DNA of 63,956 bases, counting the filler, from Octopus bimaculoides (taxonomy: Eukaryota), in the NCBI RefSeq assembly GCF_001194135.2. It is 5 parts of 5 records of this genome, joined end to end, with 100 filler letters (N's around TTAATTAATTAA, not from the genome) between each part and the next. Parts side by side here need not be neighbours in the genome. Positions count along the whole stretch, not along the records: positions 62,518 to 63,956 come from NC_068994.1; 4 more parts are not named here. One strand, 5' to 3'. This document shows positions 63,700 through 63,956 of the stretch, one piece after another. The notes beneath the pieces are model-generated. The model worked only from the letters and a program-made list of their open reading frames with translations. It did not search any database and was not told the origin of the DNA. A program made the translations under genes and the position numbers. The stretch's first letter is position 1, and each line of letters begins with the position of its first letter.

Positions 63700-63946
63700 C
63701 TGAGGCACAGGTGGAAGTCTCCTTTGTGTTGTTGAGAATTTCCACTCATCTGGTGTCTGTTCCATCTCCAGGAAAAACTGACTTTTAGATTTTATTGTCT
63801 GAAGATTTCGGTTAAATATCTCTTCTGCATTTCTCGTTATTGCAACAGGATTGTTAGTCTGATACAGTAATTGTCTCATCTCAGTCTGAGAGAGAAAGTT
63901 GGGATTATCTGCTGTTGTAGGTGAGTCATTTGTGTGATTAATACAT
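63700..63946 (-). CDS. Host gene internal exon, 247 nt (phase 2-0), disordered region with RRLPPVP
   Basis: Acceptor GTGTTTTCAG| and donor CAG|GTAAAT; 82 open codons CINHTNDSPTT..MRQLLYQTNNP..EWKFSTTQRRLPPVPQ. Confidence 0.82.
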
Positions 63947-63956
63947 CTGAAAACAC

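Noticed and set aside
1-63956. Long ORFs of CV/HT/YI/ER/SL repeats or X runs in the ORF track
   Set aside because: Translations of (TG)n, (TA)n, (GA)n, trinucleotide tracts and N gaps.

Overview
Repeat-dense, gap-rich eukaryotic genomic DNA (AT-rich, many microsatellites and N runs). The SINE/LINE families look like those of a coleoid cephalopod, probably Octopus (recognised from memory, not by search). There are no prokaryotic features, and nearly all long ORFs in the track are microsatellite or N artefacts. A minus-strand host gene enters at the right end: two phase-compatible coding exons (63946-63700, 62838-62691), a third running into a gap (62526-), and weaker candidate distal exons at 20787-20700, 4723-4658 and 4385-. 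The rest is transposon debris: an internally deleted mariner, a hATm-type element with TIRs and TSD, a decayed hAT transposase, hAT and piggyBac MITEs, a Helitron-like repeat, R4/Dong-type LINE pieces tied to (AAT)n arrays, RTE LINE ends, Penelope-like (PLE) RT/GIY-YIG remnants and more than 35 tRNA-derived SINE copies. The most interesting signal is at least four distinct short repeat families that fold into minimal type-I hammerhead ribozymes (5048-5089, 17659-17744, 43572-43634 with 60194-60256, and 54309-54354). Three families occur as inverted pairs and all lie near microsatellites, suggesting a non-autonomous PLE/retrozyme system. Hammerheads in PLE repeats are known in general; whether these particular families are described cannot be judged without a search. 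SINE and LINE boundaries are approximate (tens of bp).
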